A DNA stretch of 64,000 nt from Gammaproteobacteria bacterium. GTDB taxonomy: Bacteria; Pseudomonadota; Gammaproteobacteria; Ga0077536. The position numbers were made by a program, and so were the translations under genes. Where the stretch lies: positions 2,088-66,087 of the forward strand of contig JAIEQK010000163.1 of NCBI GenBank assembly GCA_019747795.1, in the 5' to 3' direction. This document shows positions 56,394 through 64,000 of the stretch, in pieces. Below the pieces are notes generated by a model, which worked only from the letters and a program-made list of their open reading frames with translations, was not told the origin of the DNA and did not search any database. The stretch's first letter is position 1. The number at the start of each line of letters is the position of its first letter.

Positions 56394-56474
56394 GTCGGAC
56401 TTCAGTCCGACATTCATTTCCAGGGCCCGCGCTCCAGCGCTCGGTGTGAATGTCGGGTTGAAACCCGACCTACC
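56388..56474. repeat. REP doublet (canonical left unit, compensatory-variant right unit)
   Basis: The left unit is TTGTAGGTCGGACTTCAGTCCGACATTCA (56388-56416). The right unit is TGAATGTCGGGTTGAAACCCGACCTAC (56448-56474), with stem GTCGGGTT/AACCCGAC. Confidence 0.8.
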
Positions 56475-56528
56475 CGGCCGGTGCCGCCCGGCCCCCACGC
56501 GCGCGCAACGCCCCCCCACGGTGATCCC

Positions 56529-59426
<2,898 letters not shown>

Positions 59427-59427
59427 G

Positions 59428-59742
59428 GCCGATGGTCGGTCGCGGCGTCTGCCACGGAGCGCCGCGGCGGAGCCGGCCTTCGAGCGCCGGGTGAAGCTCG
59501 CGCCCGTCTAGCCCGATGCACGTTTGAGCCACGGCTGTTTCGTCAACGTCAACGTCATCAGCGAGAACGAGCGCGCGCGCACCGTGCTGCAAGCCGGCGT
59601 CGAGCGCTTGCCGTCCTTCGGCACGCTGTGGCTGAACTACGCGGTGGTGCGGGAAGCGCTGGGCCACCCGCAGACCGCCCAGGCGCGGCGCAAGGCCGAG
59701 TCGCTGATGACACCGGCGCAGCGCGCGCACCCGGTCCGCTGA
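59428..59742 (+). pseudogene. possible remnant of a TPR-repeat gene (C-terminal about 2 repeats, interrupted by an in-frame TAG, no ATG start)
   Basis: The frame has gene-like GC3: ...AAAEPAFERRVKLAPV*PDARLSHGCFVNVNVISENERARTVLQAGVERLPSFGTLWLNYAVVREALGHPQTAQARRKAESL... It begins directly after the gcvP stop. Only a TTG start (59524) is available. Confidence 0.3.
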
Positions 59743-59916
59743 GGTCACCGCGTCGAACCCGCCGGGTGTCGGTGTCCACGCTTGCCTCACGACAGCCTTA
59801 AGGCAAGCACGTAGGACGGAGACTACCTCGCTAGCAGAGAGCGGACGGCAGGCGCGTGTCGCATGGCGCCGCAACATCGACGTCCTCGCCTGCCCCGGCT
59901 TTCCACGGTCCAGCAC

Positions 59917-60681
59917 ATGTCCTCTTCTGTCCGCCTCTCTGCCCGCAAGCTGCTGCTGTGGGGCGCTGTCGCGGCGCCGCTGCTGCTGGCCCTCGGCTGT
60001 ACGGTCGGGCGCATGCGTGAATCCGCCGAGATGGCCCGCGCCAGCGAGCCGCTGCAGCGCCCGCTGCGGGACCCAGCCGCGCGCCTGCTGATCGTCGGCG
60101 ACAGCACCGCCGTGGGCACCGGCGCCAGCTCGCCGCAGGCGAGCCTGGCGGGTCTGCTCGCGCGCGCCTATCCCGGCCTGCACATCGAGAATCGTGGCCG
60201 CGACGGCGCCACCTTTGCCGAGCTCGCGCAACAACTGGATGGCGATGCACCCTTTGACATGGTGCTCATCCAGGCGGGCGGCAACGACGTCATCCGTCTG
60301 CGTGACCTCGACCGCACTGCCGTGGAGATCGACCATGTCATCAGGCGCGCGCGTGAACGCGCCGAGTTCGTGGTGGTGATGCCGGCCGGCAATGTCGGCA
60401 ACGCGCCTTTCTTCTTTGCGCCCGTGTCGTGGGTGATGACGGCGCGTGCGCGCCGCCTGCACGCGCAGGTACGTGCCAGCGCCCTGCGGCACGGCGCCGT
60501 GTACGTGAACCTGTTCAAGGAGAAGCAGAACGACCCCTTCGCCCAGCATTCGGAACTGAATGCGCGCGATGGCCTGCACCCGAGCGACCAGGGCTACCGA
60601 GTGTGGTTGGATGCGCTTTCCGCGCAGTCCGGCTTCGAGCAGCGGCTCGCCGCCTTGACCGCGTCGTCGCATGATCGCTGA
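59917..60681 (+). CDS. SGNH/GDSL-family hydrolase lipoprotein
   Basis: The ATG at 59917 gives a signal peptide with lipobox LALGC. Block I is LLIVGDSTAVG, block III is GGND, and block V is DGLHPSDQGY. Confidence 0.8.
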   Translation: MSSSVRLSARKLLLWGAVAAPLLLALGCTVGRMRESAEMARASEPLQRPLRDPAARLLIVGDSTAVGTGASSPQASLAGLLARAYPGLHIENRGRDGATFAELAQQLDGDAPFDMVLIQAGGNDVIRLRDLDRTAVEIDHVIRRARERAEFVVVMPAGNVGNAPFFFAPVSWVMTARARRLHAQVRASALRHGAVYVNLFKEKQNDPFAQHSELNARDGLHPSDQGYRVWLDALSAQSGFEQRLAALTASSHDR

Positions 60682-60791
60682 GTCGCGGTCGGCCGTGCGA
60701 TGACGGGGTCGCGAACGTTTGCGAATCTTCCTGTGTACTGGTGTGCTGGCACGGTCGGTCGTGCCGCTCTATCGATCGCCCGGCGCACGCG

Positions 60792-61913
60792 TCAGCACTG
60801 CCGGGCAGGCAAGGTGAATCTAAACGTCGTGCCTCGGCCCACCTCGCTCTCGACCGTCACGTGTCCTTCGTGCGCTTCGACGAAGGTCTTCACGATCGCG
60901 AGTCCCAGTCCCATCCCGCCGGGTGTATCGCCCTTGGTCTCGCCCTTGTCGAACACGGCGGCGCGGCGCGCCTCGGCAATGCCCTCGCCGTTGTCGCGCA
61001 CCCAGCATTCGGTCCCTCCGCCGTCGGACCCGCACGCGCCAATCACCACCTCACCGTGCGGCGTATGTGCTATCGCGTTGCCGATCAGGTTCTGGAAGAT
61101 CCGCCGCAACAGGCTCGCGTCGGCAAAGACGACCAGCTCCTCCGGCACTTCATTGCGCAAGGTCGTCGTCCCTGTGCCCGCCACCGGGTGCAGATCGTGC
61201 GTGAGTCCCTCCACGAGCGACCAGAGATCGAACTCCCGTCGCTGCAGTTCCACCCCCATCTCGGGTTCGAGACTGCTGTTCTCTTCGAGGATCTTTCCCA
61301 CGAGACGTTCCAGCTGCGACACGTTGCGCTTGAGGGCGTTGAACATGCGCAACGCCTCGGCGGGCGCAGCGGCGCTGGACGCCAGCAGTACCTCCAACAC
61401 ACGCCCGCTGAGCGCGATGGCATTGAGAGGCGTGCGCAGATCGTGCGCCACGAACGCGAGATACTCCTCGCGCCGGCGTTGGACCTCCAGCGCCTTCGTC
61501 GTCGCGAAGGCCTGCACGGCCGAGCCGATGGCGCCATCGAGCACTCGGTTGAGCACGTGGAACGGCGCTCCCTGCATGTTGAGTCCGTGCCGCTCGGCGA
61601 GGTCGTGCACGCACTCGCGCAGGATGTTGTACTCGGCCACGACCTCCTCGATGTCGAAGGTGTCGCGCACACGCTGCATACCATGCTGCGGGGGACTTCC
61701 GGACAACACGGCATCGGCGATCGACTCGTCGGTGCCGGACCGCAGCGCGCTTGCCAGCTCCACCAGAAGGTCGGGAATGTGGTCGTTGAGGGTGGGCGTG
61801 TCGAGCTCGCGTGCGGTCGGGAGCTGTCGAACCTGCGCCCGCCAGGCGGCCAGCAGGTGGTCGTGCTCGAGTTCGACGAGTCGTGCGAGCGCGTTGAGTA
61901 CGTCAGTGGGCAT
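60792..61913 (-). CDS. soluble sensor histidine kinase (no TM segment, no adjacent response regulator)
   Basis: 373 aa with an N-terminal helical sensor-like domain. The H-box is FVAHDLRTPLNAI, the N-box is NLIGNAIAHTP, the G1 box is DNGEGI, and the G2 box is GGMGLGLAIV. Confidence 0.88.
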   Translation of the reverse strand: MPTDVLNALARLVELEHDHLLAAWRAQVRQLPTARELDTPTLNDHIPDLLVELASALRSGTDESIADAVLSGSPPQHGMQRVRDTFDIEEVVAEYNILRECVHDLAERHGLNMQGAPFHVLNRVLDGAIGSAVQAFATTKALEVQRRREEYLAFVAHDLRTPLNAIALSGRVLEVLLASSAAAPAEALRMFNALKRNVSQLERLVGKILEENSSLEPEMGVELQRREFDLWSLVEGLTHDLHPVAGTGTTTLRNEVPEELVVFADASLLRRIFQNLIGNAIAHTPHGEVVIGACGSDGGGTECWVRDNGEGIAEARRAAVFDKGETKGDTPGGMGLGLAIVKTFVEAHEGHVTVESEVGRGTTFRFTLPARQC

Positions 61914-61986
61914 GCATGTCGCTCGGCTGAAAAGGATGAGAGGCTGCGCCGAATCGACACGTCGGGCGACGGGCGACTCGCCGCCC

Positions 61987-62391
61987 TCAGGACCGACTGG
62001 ACCTGCGCATCACCAGCCTGCCACTCGTCGCCGCGGCCATGCTCACCACCACCCCCCAGCTGATATCCAGCATGGCGACGCCCATCGGCCAGTCTCTCAG
62101 GGTGGCGAGGTTGGTCAGGTCGTAGGTCATGTAGGTGAAGAATCCGTAAAGGGCCGACCAGGTGAGCATGCCGCGCCAATCCGGTGCCGGGCCATGGGGC
62201 ACGACCACGAACAGCACGAGGCCGAGCGAGAACAGGCAGTAGAACAGCATCGCGACCGCGATGTCCGGTTGGGGCGCCAGCAAGTGCCCGAGCGCGGTCG
62301 CGTAGTAGTGTTTCGCCACCAGGCCCAGCCACAGCATGTCGAGCACCAGCAGCGCCAACAACGTCGCCAGGTAGGTCGGCAGATATTTCAT
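61987..62391 (-). CDS. DUF2177-family integral membrane protein
   Basis: 134 aa with four predicted helices. MKYLPTYLATLLALLVLDMLWLG...FFTYMTYDLTNLATLRDWP resembles DUF2177 proteins. This is from memory, not searched. Confidence 0.6.
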   Translation of the reverse strand: MKYLPTYLATLLALLVLDMLWLGLVAKHYYATALGHLLAPQPDIAVAMLFYCLFSLGLVLFVVVPHGPAPDWRGMLTWSALYGFFTYMTYDLTNLATLRDWPMGVAMLDISWGVVVSMAAATSGRLVMRRSSRS

Positions 62392-62401
62392 TCGCGCCTC
62401 C

Positions 62402-63730
62402 TCATGGGCGGGCGGTCACGCGCCAGATCACATTGCCGACATCGTCCGCCACCAGCAAGCCGCCGCGGCTGTCCATCTGCACGCCGACCGGACGTCCCCG
62501 CGCCCGGCCGTCGGCGCTGAGGAAGCCGCTCAGCACTTCGATGGGCAGGCCCACCGGCCCATCTCCTTCGAATGGCACGAAGATCACGCGATAGCCGCTC
62601 AGGGGCCGTCGGTTCCAGGAGCCATGCTGACCGATGAACATGCCATGGCGAAACGGCGCGGGCAGTTCACCCCGGTCTGACCAGGTGAGACCGAGCGACG
62701 CGGTATGGGGGCCGAGCGCGTAGTCGGGCACCGTCGCGCTCGTCACCTGCGCGGGGGGCGCCGGCGGCGCGCGTGGGTCGAGGTGTTGACCAAAGTAGCT
62801 GTAGGGCCAGCCGTAGAAGGCGCCGTCATGCACAGCCGTCAGATAGTCGGGCACCAGGTCGCTGCCCAGTTCGTCACGTTCGTTGACCACCGTCCACAGC
62901 CTGCCGCCGCTGCCATCCCAGCTCATGCCCACCGGATTGCGCAGGCCGGTGGCGAAGATGCGATGTGCGCCGCTGGCCAGGTCGAAGCGCCAGATCGCGG
63001 CTCGACCCGCTTCCGCCGCCATGCCGCGCTCCGCCACGTTGCTGTTGGAACCGACCGCGATGTAGAGCGATTGTCCGTCCTTGCTCGCCAGCACGTTCTT
63101 CGTCCAGTGATGGTTGATGGGACCACCCGGCAGCGCGAGCCGCTTGATCGGCGCGGCGGCGATGGCGGTCTCGCCGTCCTGGTAGGGGAACTCGAGCAGC
63201 GTGTCGGCGGTGGCCACGAACAGGCGATGGCCGACCAGCGCCATGCCGAAAGGTGATGGCAGCGCGCTGAGAAACACCTGGCGCATCTCGGCGACTCCGT
63301 CACCGTCGCCGTCGCGCAGAAGGGTGATGCGGTCGGCACTTGCCACGCCGGCGCCGGCGCGTTTCATCGCGAGCTTCGTCGCCCAGGTCTTGATGCTGAA
63401 CCCGGCGTCGTGGTCGACAGGGGCATTGGTCTCCGCCACCAGCACGTCACCATTGGGCAGCACCAACAGCCAGCGTGGATGATCGAGATTGCGGGCGAAG
63501 GCCGCGACCCGCAGCCCGGCCGCGGGGGTCGGTGTCTGCCCTGGCGACCACCCTTCGGCGGGCGCGATGTCGATCGTGGGCAGGAGGGTCGACACCGGTG
63601 CCGGCAGCGCGGGGTGGGGGCCGCTGCCTTCCTCGATGGAAAGCGTGGCCGACTCGGAGCAGGCGCACAGCAGCACGGCGAGGAGCATAGGTGTCGCGAG
63701 GGCCGCCACGCGGCGCGCTTTGTCATTCAC
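62402..63730 (-). CDS. PQQ-dependent sugar (aldose/sorbosone) dehydrogenase-family beta-propeller lipoprotein
   Basis: The GTG at 63730 gives [24 protein letters not shown] (lipoprotein-type signal). ...[21 protein letters not shown]...[10 protein letters not shown]...WPYSYFGQH... show sGDH/sorbosone-dehydrogenase propeller motifs. The track ORF extends to 63847. Confidence 0.8.
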   Translation of the reverse strand: MNDKARRVAALATPMLLAVLLCACSESATLSIEEGSGPHPALPAPVSTLLPTIDIAPAEGWSPGQTPTPAAGLRVAAFARNLDHPRWLLVLPNGDVLVAETNAPVDHDAGFSIKTWATKLAMKRAGAGVASADRITLLRDGDGDGVAEMRQVFLSALPSPFGMALVGHRLFVATADTLLEFPYQDGETAIAAAPIKRLALPGGPINHHWTKNVLASKDGQSLYIAVGSNSNVAERGMAAEAGRAAIWRFDLASGAHRIFATGLRNPVGMSWDGSGGRLWTVVNERDELGSDLVPDYLTAVHDGAFYGWPYSYFGQHLDPRAPPAPPAQVTSATVPDYALGPHTASLGLTWSDRGELPAPFRHGMFIGQHGSWNRRPLSGYRVIFVPFEGDGPVGLPIEVLSGFLSADGRARGRPVGVQMDSRGGLLVADDVGNVIWRVTARP

Positions 63731-63903
63731 TCGACGCACCTCGGCGCTGTCAGCGCGGCCCTCGCAGGCGTCGAGCTTAGCGCGCGCGGTGCCGCTGCTC
63801 TGTAGGTCATGAAGCAGAGTGCAGGCTCGACCGCGCGCACGACGCAACCTTGGCCAAGGCTGTCGGGCGGTGTGCTGGGGCGGCCGTCAGGCCTGAACAG
63901 GAC

Positions 63904-63924
63904 CAGGCGCCCCTGGGGCGCCTG
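63904..63924. terminator. GC hairpin downstream of the right-edge minus-strand gene (weak terminator candidate)
   Basis: CAGGCGCCC-ctg-GGGCGCCTG is a 9-bp stem 7 nt after the stop codon of the partial CDS. There is no clear U-tract. Confidence 0.3.
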
Positions 63925-63930
63925 TGCGAA

Positions 63931-64000
63931 TCAGCTCAACTCGGTCTTCGTCACCCCGCAGCGCTCGCAGCGCTTGATGGTGACGAGCTTGCCCTGCTTG
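63931..64000 (-). CDS. C-terminal 22 codons of an unidentified protein (gene runs off the right edge)
   Basis: The reverse-strand frame ...KQGKLVTIKRCERCGVTKTELS* has G/C at every third position. The CxxC could belong to a zinc ribbon. Identity is not determinable. Confidence 0.4.
   Translation of the reverse strand, partial: KQGKLVTIKRCERCGVTKTELS

Noticed and set aside
59780-59808. The hairpin GCTTGCCT-N13-AGGCAAGC, followed by a GTAGG, as a possible degenerate REP upstream of the SGNH hydrolase gene.
   Set aside because: The stem is only 8 bp with a large loop. It has no similarity to the REP stem or loop, and the GTAG is on the wrong side of the hairpin.
63808-63835. CTGTAGGTC at about 63811, as a possible extra REP unit.
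   Set aside because: The head motif is not followed by the hairpin (…ATGAAGCAGAGTGCAGG…). It is probably a chance match or a heavily decayed copy.

Overview
This is a very GC-rich chromosomal segment, with third codon positions almost all G/C, and it looks like a gammaproteobacterium. The gene order matches the Pseudomonas-type neighbourhoods mtaD-mtnA-gyrA-pheA-tyrA-aroA-cmk-rpsA-ihfB and mfd-csiV-mtnP. I support about 60 protein-coding genes.

Most of the window is core housekeeping:
- DNA gyrase A, aromatic amino-acid synthesis, S1, IHF-beta, LapA/LapB, pyrF, mfd
- methylthioadenosine salvage, class I adenylate cyclase, glyA, nrdR
- the ribD-ribE-ribBA-ribH-nusB-thiL operon, glnK-amtB, rapA, gcvTHP

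Three stretches look accessory:
- 31.3-38.3 kb: a SoxYZ-like carrier, two aldolases, a ThDP enzyme, DinB, NTF2 and LolA-like proteins.
- 40.8-50.9 kb: an oxygenase-rich island with an SfnB-like flavoenzyme, a Baeyer-Villiger monooxygenase, SMR+PhyH, LysR, a luciferase-like monooxygenase, a hydrolase and a CoA-transferase.
- 59.4-63.8 kb: a TPR gene remnant, an SGNH lipoprotein, an orphan histidine kinase, DUF2177 and a PQQ sugar dehydrogenase.

I found no rRNA, tRNA, CRISPR array, prophage, transposase or recognisable defence system.

At the nucleotide level, the most notable structures are:
- a GTAG-headed REP family present as five inverted doublets; four flanking genes take their TAG stop codon from the REP head, and the variant copies carry compensatory stem changes
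- a 141-bp MITE-like element with perfect 16-bp terminal inverted repeats and a TTAG target duplication
- a 59-bp near-perfect palindrome

The best candidate for an undescribed functional module is the tightly coupled four-gene unit at 31328-33958: a SoxYZ-like carrier, an HpcH-type aldolase, an RraA-type aldolase and a small secreted protein. This is inference from domain recognition and gene spacing only. The many long antisense ORFs in the supplied track are GC-bias artefacts.
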